From contig JBJCIZ010001674.1 of NCBI GenBank assembly GCA_051294375.1, positions 56,123-120,122 on the forward strand: a DNA stretch of 64,000 bases, written 5' to 3'. Shown in pieces: positions 40,101 to 51,303 of the stretch. Made by a program: the position numbers and the translations under genes. Below the pieces are notes generated by a model that was not told the DNA's origin, searched no databases, and was given only the letters and a program-made list of their open reading frames with translations. How positions within the stretch are numbered: position 1 is the stretch's first letter; every line of letters starts with the position of its first letter. Source of the stretch: Paraspadella gotoi (lineage: Eukaryota > Animalia > Chaetognatha).

Positions 40101-41270
40101 TCGAGAATGAAATTCCGATCCCGCCTAAAAAATCACTCAAGGTAGAAAATAATAATAATAATATTATTATTATTAGTAATAAGATGTAAGATTAGTATAA
40201 ACATTAGAACGAGACGAATAATCGAATATTCAATTCGAGCTATCTAACATAATATAAAAATTATCCATTCATTTAATAAATAAGCTATCTTGTCCCTGAC
40301 TTTGGTGGTTTAAGGCCTCAATCACTCTTACAAGATAATGACATAGCAGGTCACTGCAAGCTTTTTATCAAGACTTTCTCACAATCTCGTTTATTCACTC
40401 CCAGTTATGCTAAAAAAATTGTAATGTACATTTTTATGTACGTAGTAACAAACACAGCAAATGATGTTAAATTGCTAACTCCTAATTAACATTTTACCTT
40501 TTTTTCTCTAACGGCAATGCTTTTTATTAAAAAAAAAAGAATTTTCTGCTTGTGTTCAAAAACAGGCCATCTTCACCATAACTGACGAGGTGGTAGAAAT
40601 TCCGTGGGAGGCCGAAGGTACCATCACCGGAAAAGTGGTCGTTTGCTTGGGGTCTTTCAAAAAGAATCTCCATTTTCCAGTTGTCGGTGATCTGGAAGGA
40701 GACGACTTTGTAAAGGATGGAGACTCCCTGCGCTTCAAGTGAGCATTTCGTCATTTATAATTAAACATTATAAAAAACTTTTTTTTAAATTGTAAATAGT
40801 ATTCTCAAATTCTATTAATAGCTTTTTCCTTTATTCCTTTATTTGTATAGAATTTTGTCTTTTGTGTTTACCCACCTATTCTTCACGATCGTGATCAAAA
40901 ACAAAAAAGAATTTTGTTGCACAAAAGAACTTTTCTTTTTAGTTGGCTGAGAAATCCATCAGAGGGCGTTCTTTTCAATCTTTTATTTAAACTTGAGAAT
41001 TACATATCTCTAAAATAGAATTGATAATAAAGCTAACAAAGGAAATAAAGGAGTCAATTATAAACTATAGTTAGTTTTTTTAACAAAAACCAAATATTCG
41101 GCGGGGGGGAGGTGAATAAAAAATATTTTTAAAGGCTATAATTTTCTTTTCCATATAAAGTTGTACAAAAAATTGTTTTATCCATCAGAATTCATGGAGT
41201 CTTCAAAGGCCAGCATGGCGTTTACACCAATTTGAGGACGGAGGAATGCGAGCTACAAGAAGGCCCATAA
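37104..41270 (+). CDS. Aerolysin/ETX-MTX2-like beta-pore-forming protein, 259 aa, six exons: 37104-37137, 37228-37370, 37471-37639, 39963-40141, 40566-40738, 41189-41270
   Basis: All introns GT-AG with compatible phases (1,0,1,0,2); 780 nt open frame. Protein: MSQDDLHLLTSSENQKPSGIDFDEHFQNWAENF...FEQMFHNGGSAELTGKFSHTKIQKSKFNWKINKSLRSGLGVEFEPNIPESFGSIGLEFEASMSV...EESYTIENEIPIPPKKSLKAIFTITDEVVEIPWEAEGTITGKVVV...IHGVFKGQHGVYTNLRTEECELQEGP. Exon 1 is the least certain. Confidence 0.8.
38866..39542 (-). mobile_element. TRIM-like miniature LTR element, family A (LTRs 38866-39150 and 39272-39542; 121-bp internal region)
   Basis: Direct repeats with TG...CA ends; on minus, PBS TGGTGAGCCC 1 nt after the 5' LTR and G-tract CTGGGGGGCA before the 3' LTR; flanks AAAC/AAAT. 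Confidence 0.85.
39022..39096 (-). promoter_or_regulatory. tRNA-like module (putative Pol III box A/box B) inside family A LTR
   Basis: TGGCTCATTGAG (box A-like), D-arm GGCT/AGCC, loop CT-CAT-GA, GGTTCAATCCC (box B). Confidence 0.65.
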
Positions 41271-41390
41271 TTTGAAGGAATTGTCAATTTTCTGCAATTT
41301 TTTGTAATTTTCAGTACATTTTCTGGTTGTCAGAGATTTGAATTACAATGGTATGCAATGGCATTTTTTTTTTCAACGAATCCCTAATAC

Positions 41391-41620
41391 TGAAGAGACA
41401 GTAATTATTGTTATGTGTTAGTGACAGAACCGTTCAATATAAGCAGTCCCTGAGCTTTGGATCAGGCTGTAACACCGTGTTACAGGCGGGTTAAGCGCCC
41501 TGTCCTTCTTAACTGTTAGGCAAACCCCGGACCTTTGGGTTGGGAGGTGAATGACATGTCTCCGGCACCAATGGCCGCTGAGGAACGATTGGTGGATTTT
41601 AGTCCACCATATGTTTGTAT
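41391..41620 (-). mobile_element. Family B LTR copy, interrupted near its end by the RanBD LTR element (remaining ACA at 44724-44726); inverted 3'-half copy at 44779-44905
   Basis: TGAAGAGACAG start; removing the insertion and one GTAT restores the GTATACA terminus seen at 56963-56969. Confidence 0.7.
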
Positions 41621-44600
41621 CGTTGACGTTTAGTCAAATAACGAGGGTAATTAATAAGTGGCAAAGTATTTGGTTGACAATGGTTTTATTAATGACGGAC
41701 AATGATTAGGGTGATGACAGAGATAACGATGACACGATGACAAAGGTTAAGACAAAGGTGATGACAATATTAAACAGTTCAATAATTATTTGAAGAAGTG
41801 TTCTTTCTTGAGTTTAGGTGTAGAGGTGAATGCCTAGAGTTCTCTTAGCAATTTTGACCATCAATCCCTCCGTCGGTTCCTCTGTCGGTCATTGGTCATT
41901 CTAAGGTTGAAGTAAGGTCTGTGATTCGTCGGCATTCTGATGATTCGTGAAGGAGACGAGCAATCACATCACTAGGCCAACCAAGTCCGTTTATAGGTCC
42001 ATTTCGTTGATGTCACCCCCTCTCTAGTCGACGAGGGCGAGTCTCTGCTGGTGTCCATCTACACATCTCCAGGTGTGTGGTGCGAGTAGGCTAACAGTTC
42101 CTTGTCCTGAAATGGCATGTGTCTGACAGGATAATGATGGTATATGTTTTCTGGTCTTGAGAAGAACAGCAGTGGTCTTAGATGAGGTGGCTCAATTTTC
42201 AGTTCCATTAGTTTGGGAATATTCCTTTGGCTGGTTGAATGTTGATTTGCTTGTAAGTGGTGCTCAAATGGGTTTTGCCAATCACGGGAAGGCGGTTTAC
42301 TTGTAGGTTAAATGAGTATGGTCTGGGCGTGTTGAAATGCTTTGGTTGGATAAAAAGCTTTTTGTCAAATTGGGCAAAATCTGAAGCAAGGGAATTAATT
42401 TTTCTTCTAAAGCTTTCATTTGGGCATTTTGAGTGGGGCAAACTTGAGGAGTCCCTGAATTATTTTGAGAGGGGAATATTAGAGTTATTATTGTTGCTGC
42501 AGCTCTCTTACTTTGATTTTTGCTGTTGTCTGAGCCATTTTGTTCTTTTGTGTCTTTGGCTTCAAAAGCAAGTTGTGATTTCATTGTAAAATTTTGGATT
42601 TGCTTGTCATACTGGTCTCTTTTTTCTGGGTATTAGCACTGAAACTTTGGTGGAAGGAAAGAAGTTCATCAATGTGATTATTAAGAGCCTTAACAGCGTC
42701 TGTGAAGTCTGGAATTTTGGTGCCACTTCTTACTGTGGGTTCCTCTGTTTGTGATGCTGAATTGGACATTTTGGGTGCTAAGTTTTTTCAGCTTGTGCTT
42801 GTGATGCAGAATTAGACTTATGGGAATAATCTTCCGGAAGTTTGTAGTCAGAAGTTTGCGTTTCTGCATCTTTCTTAGTACTGGTAGGTCCTAGAGAGTC
42901 AATACCGATATCCTTACGGAATTTACTGAAATTTTTATGAGGGCGTCATTTTTTTCAGGCAGGTTTTTAGTTTCATCTTCTTTTTCTCCATCTTCTTTGC
43001 TTTCTTTATTTTTACTTTCTACTTTATCTGGATTTTTACTTTTTCTGGATATTTGATCCTACAAGCAGCAAGAAATGTCTCAGATCCTTCTTCTGACGTA
43101 TTTCTTTTGCCTCTTCTGTTTCCATCTGTATCGTTTTTTGTTCAGCTTCTTTTTCTTTTCTTTCAATTTCTTCTCTTTCTCTTTCTTTTCTTTCTCTTTC
43201 TTTTCTTTCTTTTCTTTCTCTTTCTTTTCTTTCAATTTCTTCTAATAAGCGATGGAACTCAGCATTAAAACAACGAGCATCAACAGTTAAGTCAAACCTG
43301 AGGCAGAGCAAAAAATCTTCTTCTTGCCTTTCAAAAATGTTATCTCTTGACTTGTAAGTCCATGGCTTAGTAAAGGGTTCAATTGAAATGTCATGAGATG
43401 CTTTTGGACCTCTAAATGACAAGCGGGCCTGCTTTGTTTTTATATTTTGAAAAAGCTTGACAATTCCTTTGTAGGGGCCATCAATGGTGCTCATGAATGA
43501 ACGTGTACAAGGGGTTGAGTTTTGAAAATATGTGAGAAAAGCCTCTTTTACAATTATTTCATTTTCATCGGCTGATGGTGCGGAGAGAGAGAAGGGTGGA
43601 GGGCGGGAAATGAGCTTTAAGGCGGCTTTTTCAAATTGTACTTTAATTCTTTCAGTTGACGCCATTTTTTTGTTGTTGTTTCTATTTCTTACTCACGTGA
43701 TGATTCAATCTGGCGAGAGAGGAGAGAGAGAGAGAGAGAGAGAGACACGGTCGATGATCTTTTTCGATTTTCTCTAAAATTCGGTCAGGAGCGATGGACT
43801 GGGCAGCGAGGATTTTCGAGAGGAGAGGGAGAACGTTCGATTCGATTTTCTTTGTTTGGGAGGGATGCTGGGTCACGTGACGACGTAGTCCAAAGCACGA
43901 GGAAGGGAGAGCGTGGGAGATATAGAATTGTTTTTTGCTTGAATTTGAACGGAGGGGTAATCGGTTGGAAAGTTTGAGAAACACGAATTTTCAATTTAAG
44001 TCTTTTTTTGTTGAGCGGAGAGGGATTTTTTTTTTATTTTTAATTTTTTTTTTTTTTTTTTGTACTCAGGCTACGTTAGTACGCACTCCTGATTTCGCAA
44101 AAAAGTGTTTTAATTTTTATTAAGAATGGGCCGTTGAAGGAGGAAACTTGTATTAATTTTTTTGTTTCGCCGTTTTTGTTTATCTTTCTTTTATTTTTTA
44201 ATTAGTTTCTTGGGGATTAAAGGGATTTTTGGGAACGGGAGTTGACGTAATTTTCCGAGTAGGGTAGGTAGTTTTTCAATTAAGTCTCTTCGGAGGAGTG
44301 GGGAGTCGAATCACGACGATGCCACCACGTTGACGTTTAGTCAAATAACGAGGGTAATTAATAAGTGGCAAAGTATTTGGTTGACAATGGTTTTATTAAT
44401 GACGGACAATGATTAGGGTGATGACAGAGATAACGATGACACGATGACAAAGGTTAAGACAAAGGTGATGACAATATTAAACAGTTCAATAATTATTTGA
44501 AGAAGTGTTCTTTCTTGAGTTTAGGTGTAGAGGTGAATGCCTAGAGTTCTCTTAGCAATTTTGACCATCAATCCCTCCGTCGGTTCCTCTGTCGGTCATT

Positions 44601-44719
44601 GGTCATTCTAAGGTTGAAGTAAGGTCTGTGATTCGTCGGCATTCTGATGATTCGTGAAGGAGACGAGCAATCACATCACTAGGCCAACCAAGTCCGTTTA
44701 TAGGTCCATTCCGTTGATG
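41621..44719 (-). mobile_element. Non-autonomous LTR element with 392-bp LTRs (41621-42012, 44328-44719), 4-bp TSD GTAT, tRNA-Leu-like PBS, PPT
   Basis: LTRs near-identical (one substitution seen by eye); PBS TGGTGGCATCGTCGTGATTCGA directly after the 5' LTR; PPT AGAGAGGGGGTGA before the 3' LTR; TATAAA and AATAAA in the LTR on minus. Confidence 0.9.
43036..43665 (-). CDS. Divergent RanBP1-type Ran-binding domain (PH-like fold) + charged coiled coil; probably continues via frameshifts towards ~42300
   Basis: GIVKLFQNIKTKQARLSFR, SHDI, PWTYKSRD, FLLCLRFDLTVDARCFNAEF match in order the RanBP1 blocks GDVKLLKHKEKGAIRLLMR, NHYI, AWVW..AD, LLAIRFLNAENAQKFKTKF (recalled); WKERG motif degenerate; ATG in AAAAAAATGG context. 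Confidence 0.65.
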   Translation of the reverse strand: MASTERIKVQFEKAALKLISRPPPFSLSAPSADENEIIVKEAFLTYFQNSTPCTRSFMSTIDGPYKGIVKLFQNIKTKQARLSFRGPKASHDISIEPFTKPWTYKSRDNIFERQEEDFLLCLRFDLTVDARCFNAEFHRLLEEIERKERERKERKERERKEREREEIERKEKEAEQKTIQMETEEAKEIRQKKDLRHFLLLVGSNIQKK

Positions 44720-46264
44720 GTATACACGCATAATGTCGGCCCATGTATAGGGCCAAAAATCTTTCAAAACATTGAAACAACCGTTAAGAGGGACGGGGCG
44801 CTTAACCCGCCTGTATCATGGTGTTACAGCCTGATCCGAAGCTCAGGGACTGCTTATATTGAACGGTTCTGTCACTAACATATAATAATAATTACTGTCT
44901 CTTCACAATACAATTAGATACTTTTCTGTCGCTCGATCTATCTGTTCAATCGGCTTTTATCTACGTAATATATTTCGATCGGTAGTTTTCTTTTCTCTCT
45001 CCCCAAATTCGCGGCCGATTGATTCGCGCAGATGCTTCCCTCGGAAATGACGTCTCCTTTGTCCGTTGCGTTGGACGCGGGCTTTGAAATCCAAAATGGC
45101 GGATTTGCACCTCCCCTTTAACGGCTGCCCCTGATATGTCAGTAAGTTCGTCATATTAAATACCTTTATGTATCTTTTGGCCGAAATAAAAACCCCAAAA
45201 TTTTAGATATTTCAATTTCTAAGCAAAACATTTGGTTTTATTATTGTCATTCGCCGGAAAAGGTTAGTCCTTAGCAAGTATAACTTGTCATTTGTGTGGA
45301 GACCGCCACCCTTGTCACATTAACTATTGCTCAATGCTCATTTGGCTCATTGATTCGTGTAATGAAGAGTAAATCAAGAATGGAAATAACAGATTTCATA
45401 ACTTATGCGTTTCTATAATTAGTAGTATATTAATGGAACAATTTTTATCGTTATTAAAAAATGTAAACTTTCGGCTTCACTGAAAAGGATTTTAAAGGCA
45501 AATTGTTTTTATAATTTTTTGATTTAATTATCGAGCTTGGTCCTTGTGATCCAGTCATGCTCGCGAGCCTCGCGTGACTAGTTGAATTTATTCACACCGA
45601 TAATTTTTTTTTTTCGTCTTCTACAGTAGATTTTTTTTTCAACTTTTCTTTTGTCCTAATAATCAGTGCACCGACAAAACAAACTTAACAAATGAAGAGA
45701 TGAATCGGACCAAAACCAAGTAAAGCATATTGCAATTTAAGAAAATTTAACTGTTTTAAGCAACGACCGAATTAAAATTTTCGAAAGTTGAATAGACAAT
45801 TTTATGGTTTCGACTTTCGACAGAAAAAAATTCAGGTGGAAGGGATGAGGATGAATTCGAGGAGAAGAAGTAAGAGAAGGAAGAGGAGGAGGAGGAGATG
45901 GAGGCAGCCGGGCGAAAGAATTGAACGAAGCCTTTTAAACTTAGAAGTGAGGGAGCGTGGGAAGATCTTTCGAGAAGTTGTTAAGGGGGTCTTGAGAAAA
46001 AGGGAAAAGTTTCGTACTGGTTGGATCGTTTCGGCGTAGTTGGACAATGTTAAATGTCTTTGAGGAAATGTTACCATATGTTCATCGTTTCAAATTCAAT
46101 CAACTTTTACTAAATATATCAACCCACAGGGCTCGAACTGGCGACGAAAAATAATCAAATTTTGAGAAGAATCCTTTTCTCAAAGTCGGAAGGTGCGGGA
46201 GTTTCGACTTTCGAGTTACGAAAGAGCGAAAAAAAGAAGACGTTAATTACAAGAAGTGCGGATA

Positions 46265-46313
46265 AGAGAGAGAGAGAAAGGATAGAGAGCAGAGAGAGGA
46301 GAGAGATTGAGAG

Positions 46314-46363
<50 letters not shown>

Positions 46364-46369
46364 GAGAGA

Positions 46370-46448
<79 letters not shown>

Positions 46449-46559
46449 TAGATTGAGAGAGAGAGATTAAGAGAGAGAGAGAGAGAGAGAGAGAGGAGGG
46501 ATTGAGAGAGAGAAGATTGAGAGAGAGAAAGAAGAGAGAGAAAGAGAGAGAGAGAGATT

Positions 46560-46591
<32 letters not shown>

Positions 46592-46660
46592 TTGAGAGAG
46601 AGAGATTGAGAGAAGAGATTGAGAGAGAGAGAGAGAGAGAGAAGAGAGGAGAGGGGGAAC
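46265..46660. repeat. Long (GA)n microsatellite
   Basis: Seen directly. Confidence 0.95.
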
Positions 46661-48643
46661 GAAACCGCGGTTTTAAAGGGAGCTGAAAAAGAAAAGGGGA
46701 AAAAAAGGAAAATGAGAGATGGTGGATACCTCGACGTGAAGGCAAAATGAAGAATAATACACGAGAGAGAGAGAGAGAGACAGAGAAAGAGAGAGAGTAA
46801 AAAGAAGACGCGACGGATTTTTTTTTTGAGAAGAGGAAAGCATTAGTAGGAAAGTTCGACACTATTTTCCAAAATCGCCCCATTTCTGTTCCTAATCTCT
46901 TAACTTAATTTTAATTTAAATAATTAAATTTAATTTTTTTTCATAATTTAATCCTTAAACCTAACCTAATCAATCAATCATTATTCCCTTACCTCTACAC
47001 CTAACCTCATCCCCTAACAAAAACTAACCAAATCCTTGACCTAATCACAAATCATAATCTTTAATTTTTTCAACTTGTATAATTTTTTCAACTTGCATAA
47101 TTTTTTCAACTTGCATAATTTTTATAACTTGCAGCATTTTTTCAATTTTTAACTATCTAGTTATCAAGTTTCATTAGTGAGGCAGTGAGGAAGTTGAAAT
47201 GTGTATCCATTTTATTGGTTTTATATCTATTCAAATATTTTTTGTTTGAATTTTCATTTAATTATGATTTACTGCAATATGCAAATTAGATTATAGTAGT
47301 TTTTCATTAATTTTCTTTGATAGTAAGGTCTGGCGAGATCATTATACTTTTAGATTTTTTCATTAGAAACGTACATGTTTCGGCTCTTGTACAAGCCTTC
47401 ATCTCCGTTAATATCAGTTTTTAGTCGGATCTGCTTTCAGCAGATCCCGACTCTATAATTCACTTTGTCGGTCCGTCGGTCCGCCCCCTCAATCTTGTCG
47501 GACATTCACTTATATCATGTCACCTCAGTCCCACCTTAGCGAAAAACACCAATTACTCATGATTGAACGGATTGATTGGAATGAAATTTTGTGTGTTGGT
47601 AGGGAAGTGTGTGATTGAGCTGGATATGAAGTTTCGATGGAATCGTTTGACGGGAAATGAGTTTAAATGGAAAAAAAAGAACCTGTTTCACAAATTAATT
47701 ATGCTTCTTTTTCTTTTTATTTTAAATGTAAATGCAAGATGTATTAATTAATCAAATAATTAATCAGTTAATTAATCAATTAGTCAATTAATTAGTCAAT
47801 AATTAATTAATCAGTTAATTAATCAATTAATTAAACAAACATTTTGGATCAAATTAATTAATTAATTGTATAATTAAATAATTAACTAACTTGAATTAAT
47901 TAATTAATTGCATAATTAAATAATTAACTAACTTGAATTAATTAATTAATTAATTATTAATTAATTGCTTAGTTAATTAATTAATTAATTACCGATAATG
48001 ATCGTGGGAAGATCCGACATTGATTGCTCAAACTTGTTTATGCTATAATTTTCACGAGATATATGCTCGGGAGAGTACTGTAAGAGTATGTTTAAAAGAA
48101 AAGAGAGAGAGAGAAAGAAAGAGAGAGAGAGAGAGAGAGAGAAGGAGAGAGAGAGAGACAGAAAGTTTATAACGTTCCGTATTAATTTAATCATTTTTCA
48201 TTCAGAATTTTCCAAATTGTCTCAAAGTGTTTGTACATACGCTATTGCTAATTGCGATGCAATCAGAAAAATGACTTTAATCATTTTCTTTTTTTATCGA
48301 GACAGACCGGGCGAAGCCGGTCCTGTCTCTATAATAATTCGCTTTCGCTTTTTTGTGCCGTAGTCGTCGTCGTCGTCGTCTGGACTTGACTTGAAAGGCA
48401 TTCGTTGTCGTCGTCGTCTGTCACGCTTTTTTGCAATCATGGCTTCTAAAAGTGTGATATCATAGGGAGTTGAAAATTTATATATGGCTTCTAATCATCA
48501 AGATCTTTAAAATTCCCATGTTTCATATCAATATTCCTATTTGTTTATGTTTTATTTACAAAACAAAAAACCTTTTAATTATATGTCTCTTTCCCTCTTT
48601 CTTTCTTTTAATTATATGTCGCTCTCTCTTCTCTCTCTCTTTT

Positions 48644-48711
48644 TATCGAGCCTTGACCGGCGAAGCCGGGTCAGGCTCTATAATGTTTTAGGGTTGGTTC
48701 TTTGTGACGTA

Positions 48712-48744
<33 letters not shown>

Positions 48745-49893
48745 TCCGCTGTTTGTTATGAAAACTATACGCTTTTATAGGTTTGGCTGTGGACTTACCG
48801 TTTTTTTTAAATAAAAATTATTATGAATTATGATAAAGTTTTACAAAAGTGTGCAATCATAGTAAGTTAAAAAAATTAGATATGGCTTCTCATTTTGAAA
48901 TAGCTTGATATTTTCTTATTACATTTGGAATTAAGTATTTTTTTTGAATTTCCACTTCATTATGATTTACTGCAATATGCAAAATGAGATTATAGTACTC
49001 ACTATAATATCCAAATTAGTATATAGAAATGCTTTAATCTAATTTACATATTGCAGTATATATAATATTGAAGATGAAATTCAAAAAATTTTTTTTTAAA
49101 TTTCTAATAAAAATGGAACTCAAAGGATTTTTTTAATGAGAAGCTATATCTTATTTTAATACAAATAAAAAATAAAATTCTTTACAAGCTGCGATTGGAA
49201 AAAAATTGGAAAAATTTTCCATTGTAAACCATGGTGTCTTAGTGTCTTAGTGTCTTTTGTTTTTATTGAATTTCAATATGTAGTTTAGTTTTTACTTATT
49301 TTCCAGTCTTGAACGTTCTTGAACGTATTTTTTATAGTTTCTTATGAACTATCATAACATTATTAATGATTTTAAACGTTAGTGTCTTTTGATTTTATTG
49401 AATTTCAATATGTAGTTAGTTTTTACTTGTTTTCCAGTCTTTTAAATGTTAGGGTCTTTTGTTTTTATTGAATTTTCAATACATAGTTTAGTTTTCCAGT
49501 CTTTTACACTATTACTGTTTATGATTATGTCAATACTGTTTGGTATTAATAAAAAAAAAAAAAAAAAAAATTAAAAAAAAAAAAAAAAATTTTAGAAAAG
49601 ACGAGTTCAGGCCTCTGCAGTGACTGTACAGCGGCCTTCCAGCAGCTTGTCCAGCTTTGTCTCTTTCTCTCTTTTTCTCTGTACGATCTTCATGCCTGAT
49701 CGTTTCATTTTTTGAAAAATTCTGATTATTTTTTTCCTTCTTAAAACTTTTATTATCGCCATTTATTCTACGCTTTTTTTCTCAATACCAAAATCCTAAA
49801 TTTACATCCGAGATTTTCCTTGATACAATTTAGAAAAAGTGAAGAATAACTTATAACGAGTTCCGCCTCTGCAGCGTCTGTTCAGCTCTTCTT

Positions 49894-49936
<43 letters not shown>

Positions 49937-49937
49937 A

Positions 49938-49971
<34 letters not shown>

Positions 49972-51190
49972 CCTTTCTCTCTCTCTCTCTCTCCTATTTT
50001 TTTTTGTCACTTTTTTTTCACCACCGTCACTTGGCGACGAGTAAACGAGTAAACGAGTTCCGCCTCTGCAGCGTCTGTTCAGCTTTTCTCTCTCTCTCTC
50101 TCTCTCTTCTCTCTTCTCTGTCTCTTTTCTCTCTTGCTGTGATCGTTCGTTTTTTTGAAAAATTATGATTATTTTTTTTACTTCTAAAAACTTTTATTAT
50201 CGCCATTTTTTCTCGATACAAAATCCCAAATTTACATCCGAGATTTTCGTGGATACATTTGAGAAAAAGTGAATAATAACTTATAATGCCATTGCAATGT
50301 CACATGAGTTCTGCTAATGTGAGAGGTAGGCAATATCTTCCTAAATAAAGAACAATCTAAAATTTCATTCAAGATTAAAATTTTTTAAAATGGAGAAATA
50401 CAATTTTTTTTGAATAAGTAAAAAAAATATTTGGAAGTCAAAAAATTCATAGTCGTTAACTGAGTATTTTCAACTATATATTTTGTTAATAGAGATTATA
50501 ATTTTTTGACCGTTATTATTGAAAATAGTTAGCCTTATAGCGACGAGTTTTCATTTCATACAATCAATATCAATCTCATTAATTTTCAATAATATGCAAA
50601 AAAATAAGGGTTTCAACCTCATTTTTAACTAGATGAACAAAAGACTTCATCTTATTTCAATTGAAAAAAAAAAATAGAAAGTTAATTGATGCTTAATCAC
50701 ACTCTAATAAAACAATTTTATTTTTATCACGCCACTTTTTCTTAATACAAAATCCCAAATTTATTTCCGAGATTTTCGTGGATTTTTTTTTCCTTCTAAA
50801 AACTTTTATTTATTATTTTATTATTCTCTCTATATTTCTCTCTCAATCAACTCTTATGTCGCTCTCTCTCCTCTCTCTCTCTCTCTCTTTCTCTCTCTCT
50901 AATTAACTTCTCACGTCAATGAATGACTAGCATCGCATCAATGAATGACTATCATCGCATCAATGAATGACTATCATCGCATCAATGAATGATTATCATC
51001 CGATCAATGAAGGACTATCATCGCATCAATGAATGATTATCATCGCATCAATGAATGACTACATCGCATCCATCATTTGGTTATCATCGCATCAATCCTT
51101 CGGTTATCATCGCATCAATATTTGGTTATTATCGGCATCAATATTTGGTTATCATCAAAAGTAGGCTCGATTCCTTATGCTTTTAGATTT
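48644..51190 (+). mobile_element. HINE-like element, family 2 (near full length)
   Basis: 5' ATCGAGCCT...GACCGGCGAAGCCGGGTC hairpin, (GTC)n, internal 22-bp array, 3' subTIR AGGCTCGAT followed by TCCTTATGCTTTTAGATTTT. Confidence 0.65.
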
Positions 51191-51270
51191 TTTCTCAGTC
51201 ACTGCTTCTTCTGATTTGTCTAAAAACGAGTTCTGGCTCTGCAGCGTCATGCAGCGTCGTCCAGCTTCTT

Positions 51271-51303
<33 letters not shown>

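Noticed and set aside
40527-40754. Minus-strand ORFs in the track
   Set aside because: Antisense shadows of exon 5 of the ETX/MTX2-like gene.
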